Positions 1-12,169 of a stretch of 64,000 bases of DNA are shown piece after piece. The DNA is from Takakia lepidozioides. Taxonomy: Eukaryota > Plantae > Bryophyta. Where the stretch lies: NCBI GenBank assembly GCA_030704615.1, contig CM060731.1, forward strand, positions 60,946,001 through 61,010,000. The letters run 5' to 3'. A model generated the notes under the pieces. That model had not been told where the DNA came from. It saw nothing but the letters and a program-made list of their open reading frames with translations, and searched no databases. Within the stretch, counting starts at the first letter, position 1. Every line of letters starts with the position of its first letter. The translations under genes and the position numbers were made by a program.

Positions 1-672
1 TTGCATGTCTTAGGAAATGGGCAGTAGTGTCGATAGTCTGTTTTGTCTAAGTCATAAACCAGCGGTTAACATTTGGCGACCATACTGGGGACTAATGGTA
101 TGTTGAGTTCAAGAGTATTCAAAGAAGGATGGTTACTCAGTGATTTCTTGAAATCACGATAGAATGAGTCAACGGAAGCAATGGAATGGAAAACATTCCT
201 GATAAAATTTCATGGCTTACCAATAGCAATACAACAGAAGATCTTTCTTTCAGTTGCGAAAGAAGATGACAAATGGGGATTGAAGGGAGGAGTGATCAGT
301 ATTACACGATCACCTTGGGAATGTAGAATCAGAAGTGAAGGATGGTTGTCTCGTTTAGCTTTATTGATTACTCTAATCCCAATTAGAAAAGTTTGCTACA
401 CTAGTTATATTTTCAAAGAAGGATGTTCGAATTATGAATATTGTCACACGACCATAGAAGCAGTGGAGTACTGGATACCCAAAGACTTATTGCAAGTCAG
501 ATACACTGAAAAAGACAGATGGTATTCTTGTGCCCATTAAAAGTTTGGTGATCAATCAGTAAAAAGGAAAATTAAGTCGTAATACAGATTCTGGCAAGAT
601 GGGATAAATCTTGAAGAAATGGTAGAGACCACTATAAATTTTCTTTACTGACATACCAAGACTGTTTAAAGG

Positions 673-2779
673 GTGCCAAAAAAGAATTTTGCATATGATG
701 TGGGAATGAATGAGGAAATTAAAGAAAAAACTAAACAAGACAGAGCTGAACGAATAGAGAAATATGCTGCAGAAATGGAGGCTCGGTTCAGAGAAGAGTT
801 CCCAGAATTACAGAACTTGAAAATTATTCAAGGTGAAACATCAAGACAAATTAACAGTGATAAACCAGAAGATCAGGAAATCGGATCGGTGGGAAGTGAG
901 AACACTACACCAGAAGAAGTTGCCAGTAATGTATTTGGTGAATGGTTACCACAAGAAAGATCTGAAGGACCTTCTACAGTAACAAGCCCAAATCGAGGTT
1001 TTGCTGAAATATTAGAAGGAAGATTTGAGAACATTTTGAGTGAAGAAGGTGAAAGAAGTGAAAGCACTTCTCCAGAAATGATAACCAGAACTGCACGCAA
1101 AGCTTTTAAAGATTCATTAAGCTTAGTAGGGACAACAGCTAGAAGACGGCTATCATTGGGACAAGGACCTCCTAGGTTTGAATCACTATTTGGAAGACAA
1201 ACACCAACACCACCATAGCCAGTAGCAGCAACCGGTTGCACCAGCTGCACCGATGGCTTTAGCAGCAAGCAAAACCAGACCACCATTTCCTTTATATGAT
1301 GGGAAATCTGATCCAGATATTCATCTGAATCAATTTGAAAACATGTGCACCATTTACAATGAAGCAACAGACCAAGAGAAGATCCGACTATTTCCTTGTT
1401 CAATGGCTCGGAAAGGCATTGAATGGTTGGCAACTTTCCCAGCCAATCACTTTGCAAATTGGGCGGATATGAGAGCTCCGTTTCAAGAAAGATATAGATC
1501 CAACAAATCCACATCTGAAATCTTCACAGGATTACAGAACCTGAGATAGAAAAAGAAAGAATTGGTAGTCAACTATCTGGAGAGAATGAAGACTCTGATC
1601 AGGAAGCTACCTCAAGCACCAGGGGATGATTTGCAAAAATCATGGTTCATCAATGGACTTCGTCCTGAATACGTAACCATGGTTACAGTCATGCCTAACA
1701 ACACTTTGGCTAAAGCAGTAGGGACTGCAAAGAAGTTGGAATTGGGATTCCATCAGAGCAGAAGCAAAGATTCCAAGGATCCCTTGGAAGAAGAAGACTC
1801 TGATGATGAAGAAAAGCCCAAGCAAAAGAAGAAAGAAGTGATTGACAAAACCACTTTGGATCAGAAGATAGCAGAGGCTATCAAGAATTTTAAAGATGAA
1901 GGGCCACGAAAGGCAACATGGTGTCACAAATGCGGGACTACAGGACACCTGGCAATGGAATGTCACATGAAAGACAAATACTGTGATATTTGTCATATGA
2001 ACAATCATAATACCAGCCATTGTATTTACAACCAACGGGCCAAGAAGAGTGGGTACACACGAGAGGTGGGGGTACACCAAGTCCAAATCCGACGAGGAGG
2101 ATCGGACGGACCAAGACGATACAATATGGGTAATCGTTATCAGAGGCCACGAGATGAATATCCACCAAGGGATAGGGAACATCAACCCAGAAACAAAGAA
2201 AGCACAAGATGCCACTATTGCAAGAAAGAGGGACACTGGAAACATGAATGTCAGTTACAAATCAAGCATGAGGCAGAAGTGGGAAATATGGAAGCCAGAC
2301 CAAGTGTAGCCGTAAGTGTGGTGACCCCTGTAGTGGATACCCTTGCGGTAACCCAAACTCAGGCCAAGAAACAGAAACCTCCAGATAAGGAGATTGAAGA
2401 AGAACGGAAACAATATCGAGAAAGTGTAGCATAGCAGGAGGAAAAGAGCTTACACCAGGAAGTAAGTAAAGCCATAGCTCAAATGCGAGAGGGAACCCAT
2501 ATACCTTCTAGAGAGCCAACTCCAGATAAGCAAATCAGACCAACGGTGAAGACCATGAATACAACCACGGAAACAGAATTGGCCAAAGTAATCTGCCAGA
2601 CCAAGACCCAAATTACCATTGGACAATTATTAAAAATTGCTCCACACTGCAAGAAAACTTTATTTCGGGCAATCGAGGCATTGACCCCCACACCAAAACA
2701 AAAACCAACACCAGAGGTTTACACGATTAAACCCACAACTATACGACAAACTCCAGATAACGACGAAGGCACCCCATGA
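673..2779 (+). mobile_element. Ty3/Gypsy-type gag remnant (retrotransposon gag plus three CCHC zinc knuckles), pseudogenised and truncated before the protease
   Basis: ORFs 1253-1549, 1562-2434 and 2483-2779 share one frame and are separated by TAG stops. Motifs: YDGKSDPDIHLNQFE, WFINGLRP, and knuckles CHKCGTTGHLAMEC, CDICHMNNHNTSHC, CHYCKKEGHWKHEC; ITIGQLLKIAP is the typical pre-protease motif. 673-1218 is probably a frameshifted N-terminus. Confidence 0.85.
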
Positions 2780-5700
2780 GTCAGAGAAGGGTTAGATTCG
2801 AGTTTACGTTTGTTAGTAATAATAGCTGTGAGGGAGCGGAGGGCTGTCAGGTGTATTGCTTTGAAACATTTATGAATGGAGAGGATAGGGAGTTTAAAGT
2901 TAGTGTGTAGTGCATCGATATTGGTGTTATGAATGCCGCCTCTAGCGCCAGCCGTGATAACCGTCAAAGGACCAGTGACCCAGCCCTTATGTCGGAGCGC
3001 AAGAATAAGTGGCGCATATTTTAGCCGTTTGTCTAGCATTGAGTCAGCGGGGTATCGATCATGGCTGGCAGTATGTGAACTCATTAAAGTGGATGGTAAG
3101 GTTCGGGGTTGGGGCGGTGGGTGGGGGGGAGTTTATGGGTAAACCATGTACAAGCAAGATGTCCGAGCATAGTCTGGCGGGGTAGGTGCAGGGGGAGGGG
3201 GAGCAAGTACAGGGGAGAAGCTAGTGTGGGACGGTGTGGTCTGGGGGTCGTCCTTGGTAGGTACCAGCGTTGATTAGCAAGAACCATCTCGTCTCGACGC
3301 GATGTAGGAGGAGTTTATGGATGTGCCAGACTGCTTGGTTATGGCGGGTTATACGAAGCCCGTGGATGACCGGGTGTGTGCATTGGCTAAGAAGGTGTGG
3401 CCAGGTGTCACGTTCTTGGTGGGTATGAGAACAGAGGGGACAATGCGGGGAGGGGAAAAGATGTGGCCAGAAAATGTGTTTACGCTGATGTCCCATATAT
3501 TGTGCGTATCGGAATTTAAGCGTCTGTTTGATTTGGGCGTCAGTAGCTGCTTTGGAGTGCCAAAAGTAGTTTGAGAGTTTGTTATGGAGTACTGCGGATT
3601 GTGTCCATTTCTGTATGTATATTTTAGTGTGGTTAGCAGATACCGAGGTTTGTTTATTGGCTTCTCGAGTAAGGGTTTTCAAAAGGTTGCGTATGGGACG
3701 AGGTGCAAGGGGGTCGGGTATGGGGTGTATTAGCCAGAATGGGTGGGTATGTGCTATGTGGATGGGATCATTGGTAGGGTCAATAGGGGGTTCGTCGGCA
3801 CCTTCCTGGGCAAGAAGGTCGGCAGCCTCATTCCCCCGGATACCTGTGTGTGCGCGTACTTTGATAAAGTGAATGGGTTGGTTGATGGAGATAGCCAGGT
3901 TGGCGATGGCTGTGATGAGATTACGGTCAGAGTGATAATGGTGAGAAGATGGGCAGGAGAGGTGGTTGCGGATGAGAAAGAGCGAGGTGAGGCTGTCTGT
4001 GAAGATATAATGTGGAGGGGAGAATGAGGACAATTGGGTGAGCGCTTCAAATATTGCCATAAGTTCTGCACGAAGTATGGTAGCAGGACCAGGAAGTCTG
4101 TGAGCAGTGCCCTGATTGGTAGCGGCATGGTATACTCCATAACCTGCATGGGAGCCGGTGAGGGAGCCGTCGGTGTAGTGGGAGTGGGATGGCGGAAATT
4201 TGGGAGGTATAATTTGGCAATGGGATGGGAGGGGCGGGGGGAGCGTAGGTTGGGCAAGGGACGGGCGCGGTGGCGCCCTTTTCCATGCCTTGCTTAGGTT
4301 AATCCTAGTGAGTGGGCCAGGTGGGGTGAGGACTGGGTGTGTGAGATGGTGGGGGTAGATGGTGGTTTTTAGCTTGTGAGTGTGCTTAAGGAGTTGATCC
4401 AGTAAGGCAGGGAAGGTGGGAGGTATGGTGGAATGCGTGGTGTGTTGGACATGAAGGAGAGGGGTAAGGGTGGGTTCTTTGTAACGAAGGTATTTGGGGA
4501 GGGGCGGGGTGTGGATGTACCGGAGCTGGTTAGGTTCGATAGTAGCGAGGAGTGTTACGCCGGGTGGGAATTGTAGGAGGGGGTGGGGACTGTTGGGTAG
4601 CTTTTGGTGAGTGAGTAAGAGGATCGTGATGTTTGATGGGGAAGAGTGTATGGCCATACGGGCCCATTGGAGGGCCTCATGTGTGAGGGGGCCTGAAGGG
4701 GGGTGGGCAAATCCCCTCCCTGCCCATGCGTGTTGGGTGGCATGTCCGGTGGCTCCGAAGATGCAGTCTCGGGGGTGGGGGCTGGCAAAAGTTGTGATTC
4801 CCATCGGGCATGTAAGCGGACTGGAATAATATGAATGAGTGAGTTCAAAGGTGGTAACGAGCAGAGAGAGGATATCAGGGGGGATGGTAGTATGAGGAAA
4901 GGCTTGTGACAGTTTTGTCAGGGAACAGGGTTTTTTGGGAGGAGTGTCTTGGAGGTAGCGGGTAACAAGCCAACTGAGTTCGGTAGCAAAGTCTTGGCGG
5001 GGTGGTGGATTTGAGTGTCATAGGGGGAGGAAGTAGAGTATTTAGCCCATAGCCATGCTAGTCTGTCATTGGGAATGAGGCCAAGAAAACAGCCGTTGAA
5101 GGTGTAGATAGTGGACATACGAGGGCCTTGACAGATTGTGGGGGAGGTGTGTAGGATATCCTTATCTGGATTGCATTCAGTAATGTGTATGTGTACGTTG
5201 GGGGTGGTAAGTGGTTGATGTACGTGACGGGCATCTTTGGGTTGGGTTTGGGAGATATGTTGTTGGTGGGTATGCGAGAGGTAGTTAGTGTTGGTACGTT
5301 TGTGGAATGCGGTGAGGAGTGTGAGATTGTGGGCGGGGTCGCAATCATCATGTAAGCCAAAGAGGATTTGCCATGAGTTATCCTCAGCTGTGTAGCCAGC
5401 CCATTGGCATAGGTAATAGGTATCAACACATGTGGCCCCATATGAGTCTGTAGAAGTTTGGGTCTTAATACCTAGGATGGCTTCGATAATATATGCGTCT
5501 AGGTTATCTGGGTGGTCCTGATGAGTTGTAGGAGTGCTAGGTGAGGGGGGAGCTGGGGTGGAAGTAGTTTGCGTAAGGAAGGGCGTATGGATGTGGGCGG
5601 GAGGGATCTGGGTTGAGACCCTATCTGAGTGGGAAGAGGATATAGGGGAGGTGAATGTGGATGGGGTGTCTCTAGTGCCATGTGTACCTGAGGTTTGAGA

Positions 5701-6410
5701 GGCCCTAAACATATGGAGAATAGAGGGGGATGGACCTGATCTGTAGGCAGGCAGTAAGTCGCGTTGGGTATGAGGGAAGAGTGAGCAGGGAAGATCGCAT
5801 TCAAGGGTACATGATGCGGATGGGTGGCAGAGTAGGCTACGTAGGTGTTGGAGGAACCTGCAGGTTTTGGCTGTGGCACGAGAGTGTTTAAGTGTGAATT
5901 CTCCCGGGGTTATAAGTTGAGTGCCAGTGGCGGTGGTAAGTTGGGTGAGATGAGTGATATGCCGTTCTTTGAAATAGGTGAGGAGGGGACGCTTTTGGCG
6001 GGGATGAAGGCGTTCAAAATGGGAGAGGGATGGGCTGGTATTTCAGAGCGTGTTCGAGCTGTGATATCATGTTAGGATAGCCGGGTAGGTCGGTTTGTAT
6101 GCTAATACGCATTTGTCGTACGATGAGAAGTGTGCCTGCCGTGGGGGAGTGTAGGCAAGATTGGGAATGAAGAGATGGGAGGGCTTGTAGTCCATTGAAT
6201 TTGTGGGCTAGGAATTCAAGAAGGCCGCGGTAGATAAGTCCCAAGCGTCCAGGGTCATTGAGAGCTTCTTGTAACTGGGTACCAAGGGTTCGGGCATATG
6301 AAATAATCAGGGGGCTGGAGCCAATGCCGTAACAGTCTGTCGGGAGTTGGGTGAGAGCACTTAGGAGTACTGGTAGGTAAGCCACATATTCACTTGGTGA
6401 GTTGGGTGAT
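2776..6410 (-). mobile_element. 3' part of an RLE-type non-LTR retrotransposon (Dualen/RandI-like): post-RT region, chromodomain, PCIF1-like MTase-fold segment, RNase H, CCHC, restriction-like endonuclease; RT absent
   Basis: Post-RT motif ALNDPGRLG at ~6250. Chromodomain YIIEAIL..YYLCQWAGYTAEDNSW at ~5300-5495. RNase H YTDGS..RAELMAI..FTDS..KVRAHTGIRGNEAAD at ~3800-4180. CPLC..HLLSQC..RHNQAV zinc motif. Reading through the TAG at 3221-3223 gives RLCSDIL (RLRPDIL after two C>T changes)..EFTYC, then after a frameshift DRYP..KRLKYAPL..AGARG. Confidence 0.85.
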
Positions 6411-6480
6411 GTGTTTGTCTAGTACTTTGAGATCCGGTAGGGAGAAAGGAGCGGCGTGAAAAGAATATTGGACTTGTGGC

Positions 6481-7143
6481 TTGAGCACAGAGCTGATGAT
6501 TGACAGTTTGGGTCTAATGGAGACAGGGGATTTCAGAGACCTCGTATCGAAAGGGGATTGTCGAGAAAGTCTTGAAACAATTCGGGGACTTCTACGGCAC
6601 GAGGTGGAAAATGCTCCTTATGCACCGCCATCTGCAATTGCACTTTCTGCAAGCAAAAGCTTCTTGCAAAAACACATTCTAGGAGGAGCGGAAGAGAACA
6701 TAGAGAAACTGGACAGCGAAAAATTGGACGTGGTTATGGACTATTTCTGGACCCTTAGTTCACCAAATGTACGCAACCAGATCAACGCACTCAGAATGGG
6801 AACAAGGAGCACAGGTTATGTGGATAGCATCCTGGAATTGAAGCGGAGAAGCATGTACGACTTAATTCAAGACAATGTTTTTCCTGGTCAGGGGTCGTTA
6901 AAAGTGTTTTTATTCAAGATGTCGACAGTTGCGGAGGGAAGTGAAGTTAGCTTGGTCCGCAGAATGCAGCCCGGTGGCGATCTCCAGAAATCCTGGCTCA
7001 TGTTTGATCATGTGAAACGTGTGAAGGGCTGGACAACCATGGCTGCCCATGTGTACGATCCTTCTTACCAAAGGGTTATGACAATTGTAGTGTGTGACAT
7101 GCAATCCGAAGACACTGAGTCTCAAATCCTGATGTGGAAGTCC
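6481..7143 (+). mobile_element. Mutator-like (MULE) transposase, N-terminal part, interrupted by a CACTA insertion
   Basis: LMFDHVKRVKGWTTMAAHVYD..CDMQSED..LMWKS stops at the CACTA TSD and continues in frame at 17636 (SLVKVMRNHG..FMADSA). Confidence 0.85.
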
Positions 7144-8049
7144 CACTACAACAAAATCCGGCTTTTACGTCTGCTATTTTCCAGTCGTATCAGCCTTTTA
7201 TGACTGCATGACTGCCCAGTCAGATAAACCCAGTCAGTTGTGACAAATGAGTCGTAAGCGCCATAGAGTCATATCTGCCAGTCGTGGAGCTCACTGTTGA
7301 CGTGGCAACGGGGACGCCTAATCATAGTCATTGATAAGACCGTAGTAAATGACTGCAAGTCCATGTCAGCTTCACGTGGAACGGAAGGATATGCCACGTG
7401 TCACGACAAAGGGAAGGCGACAGGGTCTTCACGACTGGCATATACGACTTCCGCAAATTAACCCCAGGACAACACGTGGAAAAGACTGGACATGACACGT
7501 GGCATGACAATATGGAGCGGGAGGGTCTTTCATGACTAGCATGTATGACTTCAGACGTTTAATCCCAGGTCCACACGTGGAGTCAAATTATGTAGGATGG
7601 GGTGGTCGTTATGACTGGAACATATGACTTCCATGGCGCACTCTGGATACTATACGTGGCATGAGTATGGGCAAACACGAGGGGTGAAAGTGGCACGTGG
7701 CGGAGGCTTTGTGGATGGGAGGTAGTCGTGTACATGACATGGGCCTGACTCTAACAGTATTGAAACATGAAAGCACCATTGAAAGCACACGAAAACACCA
7801 TTGAAACATGAAAGCACATTTAAAATTGGAACATCGATTCAAATACAACATGACTTAATGTTCAGAGATCCGTTCCATAATCTAATCCGGTGTTGCTACA
7901 AAAATGCACAAGCTGCAAAGTCTAAGTAGACTTCCAAATGCCTGAGCAGAAGATGCATACACTGGCATCTATCGGACTTCAACAGTCCTAACATATGGCA
8001 GATGATGCACTCAAATTTGGGGCAGTCAAACACTCATCCCTTCACTTTC

Positions 8050-8340
8050 TAGATCTTCACAAACTTGTCACTCCAAACTGTAACATGATCTACACTGTCT
8101 CCCAACTCTGTGTGCGCTAGCTTCATGGACTTGTTGTGATACGGTAGAGGGGCGTTGGTAAGTATTACCTGTGTGATCGTGATGGCCATATACCCTTCAG
8201 GCACCATAGGTTATCCTTCACTCGCTAAAGCCCCTTGTAGACCAACAATATGGCAAGATCCTGCTGTTCCCTCGAAACCATGTCGATAAGCCGGACTTGG
8301 TCACCCACCTTCAACTGCCATCCACCCCGAAAATTGCAGG
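8050..8340 (-). pseudogene. Degenerate CACTA ORF2 (TnpA/Tnp1-like) C-terminal domain fragment
   Basis: LKVGDQVRLIDM..VPEGYMAITITQVILTNAPLPY..LGDSVDHVTVWSDKFVKI, with stops. It resembles the C-terminal domain of CACTA second ORFs (recognised by eye). Confidence 0.5.
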
Positions 8341-9879
8341 AAATGCCCAAGCATGTTCCTTCAGTCAATATCATAGCGACAATATAGTAATCTGATTCAC
8401 AAAGGAACATCGCAAACAAAGTGTCAAAGCACTTGTGCACAAAATCGAAGTGGGGCATATGGAAAATAGGAGGATGGAACCCTTACCCCATTCAGGCAGT
8501 CAAGGACTGGAGGTTTGGGAGTTGTCTTGCTGACTGGCAGCACCACTTCTGCCCCTTCAACTAGCGCAGATTGTTCGTGGCCATGTACCTACACCCAAGA
8601 ACATATGCTCCACACACTGGGCTGGGTTCCACAAGTACCACTCACAAATGAATCCTCGATAAGCCAAAGCACATAAGTTCCAACAATGGAATCATCTTAC
8701 TTGTAATGCCCTCTGGCCAGAGACTTGTCTTATCCCAGCAACAACCTGCACAGGCAGAGCATACACTACACCTTATATTGGAGATACACCAAGCTATTTG
8801 CAAGTTAGAGCAATAGTGATGGAAAATGCGAGCAGTCCCCCTTACCAAGATAAAGATGAACATACCAGGTTGGGTTTACTAGAGCTAAAGCTACACACAA
8901 ACTTAAAATAAAACTAGACAAAGTTATGTATACACCATAAGAGGCATTGGCATAGCGCTACACAAGATTCATTGCAGAGCATTTGAGGTAAAAGGGCATG
9001 TACCAAACCGGCCGTTGCTGCAGTATTATGGGAGTCAGTATGAGTATGGCCTACAACAGCCATAATACTAATAAAGCTCACAATGAATGCTGCAAGTATC
9101 CGATGTCCCAACCCCCCAAACAAACTTGCATTGATTCATCAAATCACCCAATCTGACAGAGCAAAGTCTCAATTTAGCTTGCCTGTCAAACTTCAAGCTC
9201 ACAAATTGTCTCACTAATGGCTCTCATCTCCATGTCAACTCAAAGCACATTACACTCTGCAGTTACTGTTTTATTGAAAGGAAGGTGTAAGTAAAGAGCA
9301 GTTTGCAATTCATGAAGAGCAATGCCCCTTACGACCTGCATTTGAAATTAAAATGTGTCTAGACTATTCCACATAGGAAAAAGAGGCACAAGAACCTTGC
9401 ATGATGTACAAAAAAATATGTTGAACAACATAACGAGGGAGTAAACTTTCAAGCAGTTCAGCCAAAGATAGAAAGCCAACCTGAAGGTGAATAGGGAGCC
9501 GGAGGCTAGCTGCCAGCTCTGAGCATGAGGCACGCTGGATGACTGCCATCTTCTCCCAATTCTTCATTGCAAACAGGGCTTGCTCCCACCAAGTATCCCT
9601 AAAGGAAGAATCAACAACATACCCTGCATGGAGTAGCCTAAGTGAAGCACTGCAAATATTTTCCCACTATCCACATGTCAATCAGTAGCATACACGGTTT
9701 CATATCCTCTCAATTCTCCCACATCCACTTTGTCCAATGGGACCTTCGGGCCCCCCGTGGCTGTCGAACTTTCTTTCTATCTATCTTAGACAATCCCTTG
9801 AGCTTTAGTTACTTTCGGGCTGTTACTTGTTTCTTTCTTCCTCTTGTAAGCTCTCTTTGAGCTTCACGGATTGTTGGCC

Positions 9880-11005
9880 ACTAGGGTAGGGTTCAGAATG
9901 ACACACCATACAATTCCAGCTTTGCTGATGTCACCATGGACCGTTGTGCTCATTTATAGGGCTACCACATTGACACACGCAGTTATCAGGCTTGACCCTG
10001 CACGTTTTAGGATATTACAATTGGTTGTCCACTAGGGCAGTGTTCAAAATGTCATGTAGTACAAATCCAGCTTTTGACGATGTCACTGTGGACCACTTTG
10101 CCCATTTCTAGGGCTGCCAAGCTCGCACACACGTTGCTGGCCCCTAAGAGAATGTTCAGAATGACAAATAGTACAATTTCAGCTTTGAACATGTCACCGT
10201 GGACCGCTTTGCCTATTTTCAGGGCTGCCAAGCCTGCACACACATTGTTGGCCACTAGGGTAGGGTTCAAAATGACATACCGTACAATTCCAGCTTTGAC
10301 GATGTCACCATGGACCGTTGCGCTCGTTTCCAGGGCATTCTCCCACTCCCACAAGCATTGGCTGTCCACCAGGGCAGTATTCAGAATGTCATTTGGTATA
10401 ATTCCAGCTTTGACGATGTCACAATGGACCTCTGCGCTCCTTTCCAGGGTTGCCACACTCGCATACATATTGGTTGTCCATTAGGGTAGTGTTCAGACTG
10501 TCATTTGGTACAATTTCAGATTTGACAATGTCACCATGGACCACTTTGCCCATTTCTAGGGCTGCCAAGCTCGCATACACATTGCTGGCCCCTAAGAGAA
10601 TGTTCAGAATGACAAATAGTACAATTTCAGCTTTGAACATGTCACCGTGGACCGCTTTGCCTATTTTCAGGGCTGCCAAGCCTGCACTCGCATTGTTGGC
10701 CACTAGGGTAGGGTTCAAAATGACATACCGTACAATTCCAGCTTTGACGATGTTACCATGGACCGTTGCGCTCGTTTCCAGGGCATTCTCCCACTCGCAC
10801 AAGCATTGGCTGTCCACCAGGGCAGTGTTCAGAATGGCATTTGGTATAATTCTAGTTTTGACGATGTCACAATGGACCTCTGCACTCCTTTCCAAGGTTG
10901 CCACACTCGCATACATATTGGTTGTCCACTAGGGCAGTGTTCAGACTGTCATCTGGTACAATTCCAGCTTTGACAATGTCACAATGCACCACTTTGCCCA
11001 TTTCC
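9880..11005 (-). repeat. PPR-derived tandem array: about 10 units of 111-113 bp with a 448-bp higher-order duplication
   Basis: The anchor TACAATTCCAGCTTTG recurs at ~10060, 10172, 10283, 10397, 10509, 10620, 10731, 10845 and 10957. Each unit translates as CAxLAALExGKxVHGDIVKAGIVPNVILNTALVD (PLS-class PPR L motif plus S-motif start). Frameshifts are present. Confidence 0.85.
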
Positions 11006-11079
11006 TGATGACAATTTTTAACAAAGCTTTGCTTGTTAATATCATGTTACTGCTGCTCTCTATAATCTAATAGGCATTC

Positions 11080-11830
11080 ATCTTTTTGACTTCATTATCC
11101 CACCCATTGACTGGTGTCTGAAAAACATTCCTTCCAAAGCTTCTCCTCATCTTTATTATTTGTTTCTGGATACTTTCCTTTGTCATGGAATAATTACATG
11201 AAGAAGGTGCCCTCACCACATTGTCCTCGACCAAGTTGTGTCTTGACCCATGGAGGATTCGACTGACCAAGAACCCAAGAGAACCTCTTGTGTGTGCTGC
11301 TTGTGTCCGTAGTCAGGTAATGTCGGATTGGTCCGTGAGAACCACCACGGTGTAACTCAGCGGGCAGAGATTGAAACGCGACCTGCTAAGACAAAGCTGA
11401 CTCTCCCAAGAACCTTATAAACATCAGGAAGAATACCAAATCATGGTACTAACAGGAGCCGAGAGCCCACATTTGTAGGATAGACAAACTTTTTCACATC
11501 GTATATTAAGAAAAAGCCACACCTTCCGATTGTGGTTGTCCCACCATCGTGAAGGATCTTTCAAAAACTCATGCCAGCTCTGCTCCGTGCTGCAAATGCA
11601 AGGCCAAGTTTGATGAGAGGGCGAAACAAGCTGAAATAGGTCGAAGAAGAAGGTGCCATCACCACATTGTCCTCGACCTTGTGTCTTGACCAATGAAGGA
11701 TTCGACTGACCATGAACCTAAGATGACCTCTTGTGTGTGCTGTTTGTGTCTATAGTTAGGTAATGTCGGATAGGTCTGTGAGAGCGGCCACAGTGCATTC
11801 GAGCAGGTAGAGATTGAAACACGGCTTGCT
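11080..11830 (-). pseudogene. Degenerate exons encoding OSB-type PDF-motif repeats (CACTA cargo)
   Basis: EQSWHEFLKDPSRWWDNHNRK is followed by a GT donor at ~11520. The second half-motif TNPTLPDY(G/R)HKQHTQEV..SNPPWVKTQL occurs twice (~11230-11340 and ~11660-11780). A further EEKLW..DTSQW half-motif lies at ~11085-11150. Confidence 0.7.
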
Positions 11831-12169
11831 ATCGCGATGCTTCGGCACTAAGAAGACGCAGACCCCCAAAAAACACTAAGTCCCAGCCCTGCACTCTGCG
11901 ACCTAACAACCCTAAATTCGAGCCAACTTTTTGAATTTTTTGAGCGTTTTGCACCCTAACAATATATAAAAATGATTATATATTCCATGTTATTATGTGA
12001 AGGTATTTTTAGCTTTATATTTTTGTATATATATATATTCACCCTCAAAGTCGTATCGTTTGCAGCCGTTAGATGCACTTGTATCCAACACACCACAATA
12101 TTTCAACCACGCAAGCAATGATATGTAGACACGTCGTCATTTGCAATTACATCCTCGTTCTATTGCATC

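Noticed and set aside
873-2245. Antisense ORFs of 213 and 201 aa
   Set aside because: Shadow frames of gag with no recognisable motifs.
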